Notes under the pieces: generated by a model
Told to the model about the DNA's origin: nothing
Databases searched by the model: none
Seen by the model: the letters and a program-made list of their open reading frames with translations, nothing else
Virus record (IMG/VR): IMGVR_UViG_3300002835_000132
Source of the DNA: an uncultured virus (IMG/VR IMGVR_UViG_3300002835_000132)
Taxonomy: Duplodnaviria > Heunggongvirae > Uroviricota > Caudoviricetes
Reading direction: 5' to 3' (one strand)
DNA length: 20,000 nucleotides
Translations under genes and position numbers: made by a program
Shown: one piece after another, positions 1 through 9,175 of the stretch
How the letters are laid out: the number at the start of each line of letters is the position of its first letter
How positions within the stretch are numbered: position 1 is the first letter of the stretch

Positions 1-2
1 GT

Positions 3-3000
3 GGGGATTACATGATAATGGGGGTTCCGTTAGGGGACCAAGCGATTGTTATGGATGTTGACTTATCCGATATTGGAGAGTTCTCACTAACACCTCAGGA
101 TTTAATTAGAATGGGGTTGGCAACCGAAGCACAAGTTGCGGGTTCTAAATTTAGAACTTCAACAGATTTAAATTCATTACCACAAATAGTTAATTTAGTT
201 AAGAACGTTGAAGTTTCTCCATTATGGGGTGATGCGTCACTTTGTCAAATTGCAATAAATCGATTAGATTTTGATTTAAGAGATGATGCCAATGTTGATA
301 TACAACCGACATCGGTGTTTATGGGATGTATGTTTTCTTCACCTGACACTCTAAGAGTAAGGAATAATGGAAGACCAAAAGATAACATGGGTAACCTATG
401 CGGTTTAACAACATCACCAGGTCAAATATTAGCGTTAAGACAAACAATACAACAAGATATAGATGGTAACCCTGTTTTAGAACAATATGAGTTAGAACAA
501 TCAGGAAATGTTATTGATGGTTCAGGAACATGGTTAATAGAATTACCAATGAACTTAGATTATTTTATAACTAATGAATTTGGTGAAAAAGTATTGTCAA
601 ATGACCCAACTGTTGGAGTTCCAACAAAGGCCAAGTACCGTTTTAAGGTCAAATGGACTCAACCAAATGATTTAACTTTACAAACAAGAAGAGCTTATTA
701 TTTAGTTCCAAACGTTAAAGAATACGGATGGACAACATCATCATCAGACCCGTCAACTAGAAGTATTCCAACAACAAATAATTCTAAACAACAACAGAGT
801 TCTTATTATTTTGGATTGGCTTGGAGTGGTTATACTGATGGATTTATTGGACAGAAAAAAATAGAGAGACTTAATGAGATTATCGATTGCGAAGATACAT
901 TCTACGAATTTCAATTCAATAAAGTTTATACGGTGTCTTCTTTGATTGACCAATACAAAAGTGGTAGAAATATTATTGGGTCCGCGCCAGGTAGGTTTAT
1001 TGGTATTAAAGAAATTGATGACCAAGATTGTGAAGATAGTGTTAACAAATTTCCTGTTAATGACGGGTTTAGAAACTTTGATTTTTTATTTTTCCTCTTC
1101 TCAATTTTAATGACGGTAATACAACCAGTAGCGTTAATCTTATTAACTATTGGGCATATTTTATTATTTTTATATAATTTAGTTTTAGACTTTTTATGTT
1201 GGCTTTCCTATGTTGGTATTAGAGTGAAAAGAGTTTTTTCTTGGTACCCATTTAAAAAATGGAGAAAGTATTGTACTAAAAAAGATTATACAATAAGGTT
1301 ACCAATGATTACTTATCCTGATTGTCAGGCTTGTGATTGTAAACAAACCCTTAAAGATAGTTCAAATAACCAAGCAACTTCAGGTGTAGATGGTGCAGGT
1401 GTTTTATCTTATCTTTCATCTTCAGACCTTTATTACGATGGATTAGCATCTAGTTATTTCTCAGGAGATACAGAAAATGGTGAGGATTGGTCCATCATGT
1501 TTAGTGAAGCGATAGCAGGACTTGGGTTAACTTCTAATATTGGAGACCCATCAAGATATAAGTTACCTCTTTCACAACAATTAAACATTGGAGGAGGTAG
1601 ATTTGTTGCATCATATGATTTACCTATTGGTGAAAGAATTAATATTTTTAATTTAAGAGAAAGTTATTTTTCAAATATTAATAAAATTAAAGTAACATTC
1701 GCAAAAGATTCCAATTTTGGAAAACATCATTATGATAATACCATAACGGTGTTATCGCAGGAGCAATTTGCTGCGGGAGATTTATTAACTTTTATTAATA
1801 TAACTGGAACTACAGATACAAATTATCTTTACAGTGCATCAACTGCCGACGGTATTATTACGGGTATTAGTGGTGAAACTTATAATGGTAGTGGAGCAAC
1901 AACAATAGACGTATCTTATGCAACAACACAAGTATCAAATATTGTAACACCTGTTAGATATAACTTACCTTATGGTTCATCTGAAACTAATTATAGATTC
2001 CCTGCGGATGTTGAGTATTACCAAGTTATTACTGCGATAACAGTATCGGACGCCGCCAAAATATGGAATACAGGTACGACACAATCTTTTGGTAATATTC
2101 TTAACAGTGTTGGTACATACATACCAGCTAAACCAAGTTTTGGAGGATGGTCGGTTGACAATGCCGTAATCAATTTTAATGCTTTTGAATATTTTGAAGG
2201 AGCAAGTTCTCAGTTTATATTAGTTTTACAGAGAGGAGTTGACCCATACTCTCCAAAATATGTTAATGAATATTCGTTAGGTAATTTATTTGGTACAAGT
2301 GAATTTGATTCGAATTGGACTGTAACCGCAGCAACAAGAGTTAACATACCAATACAAAAATTAAATAATAGTAGTATATCGGTACAATCTTACAATCAAA
2401 ATGATATGTATAATCAATCGTATTTCTTTAAACCTGGAACCACAACATCGTCAATTGCGGGACAATCGTTTTCAGGATTTAATACAACAAATACGGCATA
2501 TTACGGTTCGTTAGATGCAAGTATAAACCCATTACCTGTAGGGGCAACATTAGATGGTGTAGCTCCAAACAACCCTGGTACTTTAGGTTCTGCGAAAAGG
2601 ATTACTCGAAGTGGGGTTTCTGCGTCTTCAGATGTTTTGGGATGTAATGCCCCATATCTGAATACCGATAGTTTATTTGTACCAAATGTAGCAGCAAATG
2701 CCACGCCAAGACTTGGGTTGACAATGTATAATAATTATGACTCATTTTTTGGGTATACAAGTAGGTTTGATGGAAACAATCGTTGGTGGAAAATGAATTG
2801 GGGCGGTATTTTCTATTCTGTTAAAGTTAATACTTCAGGTGTTATAGGAGGGTTCATATCGTGCGTTGATTTATCTACTTTACCTAAAGTAGTATCGATA
2901 TCTTCAAATGGATTTTATAGTCCATTTTCTTCAAGTATTAAATATGATAACAGTGAAGACCTATCTGGTAGTGCGGTTATGAAAGTTAATAATAGTGGTC

Positions 3001-4640
3001 TTGTTTTTGCAAGTAATTATGTTAACGACTTAGGATATTATTATACAACAAAAACTTTTTTTAGTTACAACCCATCAATGTTAATTGATAACGCTCAATT
3101 GAACGTACTAAGGACTGATAGACTACCATCGTCAGACGGATTAGATGGTGGTTCTTGGACATTAAATCCATCATTATTACAACAAAACGTTAATTTTAAT
3201 GTCTACCTAATAAATACAGACTCGGAAGATATTACATCTGATGCGTTTCAAACAGGTGCTCAAACTGTAACTGCAGATTTAGAGGGGTTACCAAACTCTA
3301 TTAAAGTTTTGGAAAGTTTCGATTGTGAGGCAATGGTTGGGTTAGAATGTTACGAAGGATTTGGAGATACTTTTGGTATTAACCAATCATGTACTACTAA
3401 AGATGCTGTTGAAAGTGGGTGTTATATGTTTTTAAGAAGACCAATAACTGACTTAGTTAAAGATTTACGTAATTTTGGAGAATGGGGATTTAGGTTTAGA
3501 TTTTTTTACGGATTATGTCGAGGAGTATTATCCCAATCATTTATGAATAATTGGATTAATGGTTCACTATACGCATTCCCAATACAAGTTAACACATATT
3601 ATAATAATAAAAATAAACCAGAGTACCCTAGTTTCCCTCGAGAAATAGTGTACTTCAATATGGATAGTAATAACTTCTATTATAGAAGTAGTCCTTGGAA
3701 TGACACGTCAAATAAATTTGTTGGCAAAAGAGCAACGGACACGGGAAGTGTAAATGCCTCGAATCTTTTATACCCAACAACAATTATTAATTTAGGGATG
3801 AAAGATTATTTTTATTCTGAAATAACCTTTGACCCATCAACAAAAGGATATGTTCTACCAAATATTAATCCAACTAGTTATGGGGACACTTCAGATTTAA
3901 TTAATTTATTTGTTATTTCAAGAATTACTGATGATAGTTTTTTAAAACAATTAATCCCTGCAGGTGATAATGGTATAGACCAATTATTTAGCCGACCACA
4001 AAAAAGAATCGATGGTGACTTGGCTCAATTATTATCGATAAATTCTGAAATAGGGAATGTTAATTTTTCACCTGAATTTTATGAAATTTTTCCTGGGGCA
4101 ATTAACCCGACAACAATATTAGGAACTCCTAGTGACCCGATTATGGCTGTGTGGTTTTCATCTACAACAGAAGACCTTCAAACCAAAGATTATTTAACAC
4201 CAGGAAGAATTAATTTTAGAGGAACCGACAACGTCGGGTATTACCCATATCCATATGGTATTAAATCGCAATTAGTTCCGTTCTATCAATGGAGACTAGC
4301 GTCGGGTTCATCAACAATATTTGGAAATCAAAATAACACATGGGCAACAAATAGTCAGGATATTATTCAAAGTAAGTATCAATCTTTAGATAGGTCAACA
4401 ACAGATACTAAATATTATTTAAATGGAACGTCCGTAGCGAATGATTTAACCGCGAGAGGGTACATATATAGTGTAGATGGGAATGTTGTAAGTTACCCAA
4501 CTGTGGGTGGTCGATATACCTCAACACCACAAACTTCAAATAGATTTTTAGTGGGAGCACCATATCAATTCTATTTTGGGGTTGTTAAAGGTGAATCGGC
4601 ATTAGATAGGTTTAAAACAAAATACTCATTAGATGAATAA
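3..4640 (+). CDS. Large putative virion structural protein (>1545 aa, 5'-truncated) with an internal hydrophobic segment and Cys clusters
   Basis: Frame is open upstream of ATG 12 to the window edge (GGG GAT TAC ATG = G-D-Y-M), so the true start is probably outside the window. GDYMIMGVPLG resembles the G-x-Y-x-I-x-G-V-P-x-G strand of carboxypeptidase-regulatory-like beta-sandwiches. Hydrophobic run at 1083-1220, CQACDC at 1323-1340. TAA stop overlaps the next ATG by 8 nt. Confidence 0.8.
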   Translation, partial: GDYMIMGVPLGDQAIVMDVDLSDIGEFSLTPQDLIRMGLATEAQVAGSKFRTSTDLNSLPQIVNLVKNVEVSPLWGDASLCQIAINRLDFDLRDDANVDIQPTSVFMGCMFSSPDTLRVRNNGRPKDNMGNLCGLTTSPGQILALRQTIQQDIDGNPVLEQYELEQSGNVIDGSGTWLIELPMNLDYFITNEFGEKVLSNDPTVGVPTKAKYRFKVKWTQPNDLTLQTRRAYYLVPNVKEYGWTTSSSDPSTRSIPTTNNSKQQQSSYYFGLAWSGYTDGFIGQKKIERLNEIIDCEDTFYEFQFNKVYTVSSLIDQYKSGRNIIGSAPGRFIGIKEIDDQDCEDSVNKFPVNDGFRNFDFLFFLFSILMTVIQPVALILLTIGHILLFLYNLVLDFLCWLSYVGIRVKRVFSWYPFKKWRKYCTKKDYTIRLPMITYPDCQACDCKQTLKDSSNNQATSGVDGAGVLSYLSSSDLYYDGLASSYFSGDTENGEDWSIMFSEAIAGLGLTSNIGDPSRYKLPLSQQLNIGGGRFVASYDLPIGERINIFNLRESYFSNINKIKVTFAKDSNFGKHHYDNTITVLSQEQFAAGDLLTFINITGTTDTNYLYSASTADGIITGISGETYNGSGATTIDVSYATTQVSNIVTPVRYNLPYGSSETNYRFPADVEYYQVITAITVSDAAKIWNTGTTQSFGNILNSVGTYIPAKPSFGGWSVDNAVINFNAFEYFEGASSQFILVLQRGVDPYSPKYVNEYSLGNLFGTSEFDSNWTVTAATRVNIPIQKLNNSSISVQSYNQNDMYNQSYFFKPGTTTSSIAGQSFSGFNTTNTAYYGSLDASINPLPVGATLDGVAPNNPGTLGSAKRITRSGVSASSDVLGCNAPYLNTDSLFVPNVAANATPRLGLTMYNNYDSFFGYTSRFDGNNRWWKMNWGGIFYSVKVNTSGVIGGFISCVDLSTLPKVVSISSNGFYSPFSSSIKYDNSEDLSGSAVMKVNNSGLVFASNYVNDLGYYYTTKTFFSYNPSMLIDNAQLNVLRTDRLPSSDGLDGGSWTLNPSLLQQNVNFNVYLINTDSEDITSDAFQTGAQTVTADLEGLPNSIKVLESFDCEAMVGLECYEGFGDTFGINQSCTTKDAVESGCYMFLRRPITDLVKDLRNFGEWGFRFRFFYGLCRGVLSQSFMNNWINGSLYAFPIQVNTYYNNKNKPEYPSFPREIVYFNMDSNNFYYRSSPWNDTSNKFVGKRATDTGSVNASNLLYPTTIINLGMKDYFYSEITFDPSTKGYVLPNINPTSYGDTSDLINLFVISRITDDSFLKQLIPAGDNGIDQLFSRPQKRIDGDLAQLLSINSEIGNVNFSPEFYEIFPGAINPTTILGTPSDPIMAVWFSSTTEDLQTKDYLTPGRINFRGTDNVGYYPYPYGIKSQLVPFYQWRLASGSSTIFGNQNNTWATNSQDIIQSKYQSLDRSTTDTKYYLNGTSVANDLTARGYIYSVDGNVVSYPTVGGRYTSTPQTSNRFLVGAPYQFYFGVVKGESALDRFKTKYSLDE

Positions 4641-6324
4641 GTATACAATAGTTCCAAGCGGTTTAAGGTATAAAGGGGCACCATCTGTCAATCAAAAAAT
4701 TTCGATAAATCTTGATGAACAAAGTCAGGAAATTACTGAATACGACAGAAGTGCAACGGTTAACCTTGCTCAAGTATATGACGACGAAAGACAGGCTTGT
4801 ACTATTTTTAGACCTACTTTTAAAGTTACTTATTTGTACGACAACGCTTATACTGGTACCACAGGTTATATACCATTTAGAGATAATCTTTATTACACAT
4901 CACCCGAGGCTTCTAAACAAAGTGGTATTTGGAAAGGATTTCCACAATACTACGAGTTTGATTTTTATAGACCTGATGTCGGAGACCAACATTTTCAGTA
5001 CAAAGCCAAAAGTGCATATACGTACAATTGGACATACTATTTAACCTATCCATCAGATAATAATTATGATAAGGAATTAACATATTATTCAAGTAACTCT
5101 AACGACATTACTTGGAAGGCGAGTGATGGTATTGCGTTTACAATAACAAATACATCACAAAATGGTAATGGGTTAATTTCATTTACTTGTGTTGCTCCTC
5201 ACGGATTAACTCCAAACGAATATGTTGAGTTATCATTAACTTATAGAAATTCAAACATCTTCCAAGTGTATTCGTTAGGAACTGGATTATTTGGTACGGA
5301 TGTATACACATTTAATGTGTTGAATATTGGATATACGGGTACGACATTTAATAATGGCACCACAGGTACTTTTAAAAGAGTACTTAATCCTGATAATTTA
5401 ACGGAAACAAGGTCAGAATATTATGTTAAACAATATAAAGTTTTAACTAATCTAACTGACTTAGCGGTTACTAAAGTTGGTTTTGAAAAGAATGTTTTTG
5501 GGGAACAAATGAAGTTAGAGTATAGTTCTATTACTCCAAATAACGTTACAAGAGTTTCTCAGAAATCTAGTAGTAATGCTTACAACTTCACATCAAATTA
5601 TGACATTGATTTGGCGGGATATAGAGACAACCAAATGAGACCATTATCTGAGATTAATCTGACAATCGTAAATAAAGGGTTTTCAGGGTATTTTAATATG
5701 CCTTTTGATGGTATTGGATTAAAACAAGGGTGGGGATTTAATTTATCTAAAGTTGTAAATCCGTGGTGGAGTAATAATAACCAAAAATCAAACACATCAA
5801 TTCCTGTTTCAGGGTATACTTTAACTAATGGTCAAACCAAAAGTTTCTTCTATAATTTGGATTTGAAAAAGGATGACATTATGGATGGGGACTTCTGTGA
5901 GTGGAACAACTACGAACAAATAGAAAGAACCGTGTCACCATATTATCACAAAATGAAGTTCAACCAAACTGTATTTGCAACAACTACGGTCCCAACTAAC
6001 AATGCGCCAGGATATTATTATAAACCACATAACCCAATGACTCTAAGAGTATTCTCCGATTATGTTGAAACAGGAGGAGTAGGGTTCTTAGACCAAGTTC
6101 CAAATTGGGCATTTTATTCTTCATCAGACGAACAGTTTAGATGGAGAGATTTGTTTAGTTATGGGTTTAAAGATAACACAGGGTTAGGGGTAGATTATCC
6201 ATTTTTTAATACAGCACATTATCCATTTCAAAATGTTGTGTTTAGATTAATACCTGAAGGAATAAACTATAACGAGGTTCAGAGTGACTTCTCATTTAAA
6301 CCGTTAATTGATGAGTGTGAATAA
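4633..6324 (+). CDS. Putative phage structural (baseplate/tail-associated) protein, 563 aa
   Basis: Long ORF coupled to the upstream gene through ATGAATAA. Contains FTCVAPHGLTPNEYVEL (5182-5232), a T-x-x-x-H-G-L-x-x-x-x-x-V beta-barrel-type motif familiar from phage tail proteins. Function not otherwise assignable. Confidence 0.75.
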   Translation: MNKYTIVPSGLRYKGAPSVNQKISINLDEQSQEITEYDRSATVNLAQVYDDERQACTIFRPTFKVTYLYDNAYTGTTGYIPFRDNLYYTSPEASKQSGIWKGFPQYYEFDFYRPDVGDQHFQYKAKSAYTYNWTYYLTYPSDNNYDKELTYYSSNSNDITWKASDGIAFTITNTSQNGNGLISFTCVAPHGLTPNEYVELSLTYRNSNIFQVYSLGTGLFGTDVYTFNVLNIGYTGTTFNNGTTGTFKRVLNPDNLTETRSEYYVKQYKVLTNLTDLAVTKVGFEKNVFGEQMKLEYSSITPNNVTRVSQKSSSNAYNFTSNYDIDLAGYRDNQMRPLSEINLTIVNKGFSGYFNMPFDGIGLKQGWGFNLSKVVNPWWSNNNQKSNTSIPVSGYTLTNGQTKSFFYNLDLKKDDIMDGDFCEWNNYEQIERTVSPYYHKMKFNQTVFATTTVPTNNAPGYYYKPHNPMTLRVFSDYVETGGVGFLDQVPNWAFYSSSDEQFRWRDLFSYGFKDNTGLGVDYPFFNTAHYPFQNVVFRLIPEGINYNEVQSDFSFKPLIDECE

Positions 6325-7132
6325 ATTTGTAATTAGACAAGACGGAGATACTGACAAGCAAATCAATATTCCTGTAGAACTTAAGTGGGACTACTTGGGA
6401 TTAGATATGGCAATTCAAGAGTACGAAAAAGAAGTAATAACGGAAGTTATTGGGGTTGGACGCGATTTTGAAATATCAAGGTTTGCACACGCACCTGCCA
6501 CAGGAACAACAAACAATACAGAGATTAATTACGAGTTTTATTTCTATTCAGGAGGTTCAATGAGTGATATTAACAATTGGAGAGTTAATTACCTAAGTGA
6601 AGGGTTTACACCTCAAGAGGTTTATTACTATGAAAACAATTTCACTAACTCATTTTTTAAATTAGATTTTTACGATACTCCTGATGACAAAAAACAAACA
6701 AATTACCTAACAGTAATTTTACCAACACAACAGGGGTTGAAGATGGATGCTCAAATGCAAAGAACATTAGTGTCGATTAAAAAACCTGAATTTATATTAG
6801 ACTATGTTGGAGATAAAGAAGGTTTCTTTCTTTATTGGTTAAAGAAAAGAACATTTTTAGACATTGACACATTCTATATGAGTGCCAAATTCTATAACGC
6901 CAAGACAGGTCAGTTTACAACTATGATGACTGGAAGAGGGACCACACCATTTGACCTGACTGAAGGACCACAAGCTCTAATGGAAAATAAGTACTCGTTT
7001 GATGGTACTCAATTATTATACTACAAAGTTAAATTAGATTATCCAACACAAACATATCAAGTGTTTAACACTTACGGTCAAAGATTAGGGACAAATTTAC
7101 CCATAAAATGGTATGAATATGTAAATCAATAA
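6311..7132 (+). CDS. Hypothetical protein in virion operon, ~273 aa
   Basis: ORF overlaps the stop of the previous gene. Start is ambiguous among TTG 6308, ATG 6311 and GTG 6317. Aromatic-rich, beta-like composition. Confidence 0.75.
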   Translation: MSVNKFVIRQDGDTDKQINIPVELKWDYLGLDMAIQEYEKEVITEVIGVGRDFEISRFAHAPATGTTNNTEINYEFYFYSGGSMSDINNWRVNYLSEGFTPQEVYYYENNFTNSFFKLDFYDTPDDKKQTNYLTVILPTQQGLKMDAQMQRTLVSIKKPEFILDYVGDKEGFFLYWLKKRTFLDIDTFYMSAKFYNAKTGQFTTMMTGRGTTPFDLTEGPQALMENKYSFDGTQLLYYKVKLDYPTQTYQVFNTYGQRLGTNLPIKWYEYVNQ

Positions 7133-7134
7133 GA

Positions 7135-8223
7135 ATGTCAGATTATTATAAAATAACGGTATCGCCTGAAAACGTTGCAAGAGATTTATCCGTCGTTAAT
7201 TACGATGGAACTTCTGTTGGGGTGTATTCTGCTATGACCAAAGTTGTTAGTTCGGGTCCAAACGGGGCTTCATTATTAACAAACTTAAGTGTCCCATTAT
7301 TGTTCAGACAAACCGCTGTCGATGCGGGATACTATAGTCCATTTGACGGAGCGGTATTACAGAAAAATGTAGTTGCAAATTTTATATTTTCATCCACAAC
7401 GGCAAACCCATACGTATACAATATCTACAATACTTCAGACGAGTTCCAAAAGTTTTTAAACCTATCATCTTATAGAGTTGATTGGGGTGATAACACTCCA
7501 AAACAAATAATAACGGGGTACACACCGAACACTCTTAATCATACATACGCATCTGCGACTCGTGAATACACAATAACCTTGGAACAAACAAATCCATGGG
7601 GAGTGACAAAAGTTTCTAAAAAAATAAGTACTCCGTTCACTAACCCAACAATTTATAACCCAAAAGGAGAGGCGTTTTTTGCTCCTTCGTCAGGTAACTG
7701 GATAGGAACACCAGTATCGTATGATTATATATTTTCAGGAGATGCTGTTAACGTGGTATCGGCTCAAACATCGATTAACTACGTTACAATCCCATTTACA
7801 GTTTCAGGATTGACCAAGTCAAGGGTGAACGAATTGGCTCAGTACGGGTCACCTAAGTTCCAAGTAGGGGTACCCGTAATTGCTAATGGACAAATATGGG
7901 GAGCAATTTCCAACATGAATCCAACATTTACTGCTTACACTATAACAGGTGTTGATTATTATGACTATACAGATGGTACAACAATATTCTTCCAAGAATC
8001 TTCAGGATTGACTCAAAACAATTTACAGGCAAGTCCAATAACAAAAGACGAAGTTTTATTGAAAGTTGTTGACCAAGCTCAAATACAAACTGACGTTTTT
8101 ATTGAGAGAGGTAAGAATAGTGCGTATGAAAGGGTGATGAGAATAGGTGAGGTTGATAACTTAGGAGACATGATAAATTATGGTTACGGATTTTTTAATG
8201 TTATTAATAAAGAAAGAACGTAA
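7135..8223 (+). CDS. PKD/Ig-like domain-containing putative structural protein, 362 aa
   Basis: YRVDWGDNT...LNHTYASATREYTITL (7471-7581) matches the PKD-like pattern (W/F)GDG...HTY....YTVTL. Starts 2 nt after the previous stop. Confidence 0.7.
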   Translation: MSDYYKITVSPENVARDLSVVNYDGTSVGVYSAMTKVVSSGPNGASLLTNLSVPLLFRQTAVDAGYYSPFDGAVLQKNVVANFIFSSTTANPYVYNIYNTSDEFQKFLNLSSYRVDWGDNTPKQIITGYTPNTLNHTYASATREYTITLEQTNPWGVTKVSKKISTPFTNPTIYNPKGEAFFAPSSGNWIGTPVSYDYIFSGDAVNVVSAQTSINYVTIPFTVSGLTKSRVNELAQYGSPKFQVGVPVIANGQIWGAISNMNPTFTAYTITGVDYYDYTDGTTIFFQESSGLTQNNLQASPITKDEVLLKVVDQAQIQTDVFIERGKNSAYERVMRIGEVDNLGDMINYGYGFFNVINKERT

Positions 8224-8242
8224 ATGAAAAAAAGAACTAAAC

Positions 8243-8250
8243 TATTTATA
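8243..8250 (+). promoter_or_regulatory. Candidate phage late-promoter box TATTTATA
   Basis: Lies in the 43-nt intergenic gap, starting 24 nt before ATG 8267. The same TATTTAT core recurs 23 nt before ATG 14738. Confidence 0.45.
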
Positions 8251-8266
8251 AATTAAATAAGACAAA

Positions 8267-9175
8267 ATGGCAATAGGCTCATACGGTACAATAAGACCAT
8301 CAGATGTCTCACCACAAGATGTTGAGATTATCATGAACTACACTCCAACAAGGGATGTGACAGACCAGTTCGTGCTTACGCAATTGGATGCACAGACTTT
8401 ACTTAGACCTTATTTCAATAATACTGAGACAGGTGGAAATGCAGGAGTTGAAGTATTAGGAGGATTATATAATCTAACATTACCTGCAAATCAATTTAAT
8501 GCTTTAGGTATCTACACATTATACATAAGACCAGCCCAAATAAGAACTGTAATCACTGATTGTGGTGTTTTAAGTGCGTTACCAAACGTAAAAGGTATTA
8601 TAATTGATATTACTAACGTACCAACAGAATACCAAAACAAGTTTGTACCTCAAGGGCTTGTTGGATTCAGAATTGAATACTTAAATCCTGACGGTTCCAA
8701 AATACCTAACTTTTTTAGAGTTGTAACTTCAAGTTTCTATTGTGAACCTGTTGTAACTAATGAAGTTAATACGACTCAAAAATCAATTAGATATAGATAT
8801 GTTGATGGAGATTCAAATCTTATTTTCTTAACACTATCACCATCATCTTCACCAACAAACAAACCAAACGCAACTCCATTTATTGGGCAGCCGAATCAAG
8901 ACATTATTATTACTAATACGTTCTTCAATCCAATAACGTTAGAAGTAGAAATGGTTGAATACGATATATCATCTCTTGCAATTGCTCTTTACGGTAATCA
9001 AACTAAATCTATTGATGATGGTATCTACACAATCTACGATAGTCAAAACAATATCTACAGACAATACAACTTGTATGAGATTAGAGACCAATTTAATGCA
9101 TTGTTATATGAGGTTAGACAGAATAGAAATGATAATATTGATTTCAGTAAAAACTTTACAAATATAACAACCTAA
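8267..9175 (+). CDS. Hypothetical protein (putative virion/baseplate component), 302 aa
   Basis: Clean ORF with an A-rich leader (AATTAAATAAGACAAAATG). TAATG overlap with the next gene. Confidence 0.75.
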   Translation: MAIGSYGTIRPSDVSPQDVEIIMNYTPTRDVTDQFVLTQLDAQTLLRPYFNNTETGGNAGVEVLGGLYNLTLPANQFNALGIYTLYIRPAQIRTVITDCGVLSALPNVKGIIIDITNVPTEYQNKFVPQGLVGFRIEYLNPDGSKIPNFFRVVTSSFYCEPVVTNEVNTTQKSIRYRYVDGDSNLIFLTLSPSSSPTNKPNATPFIGQPNQDIIITNTFFNPITLEVEMVEYDISSLAIALYGNQTKSIDDGIYTIYDSQNNIYRQYNLYEIRDQFNALLYEVRQNRNDNIDFSKNFTNITT

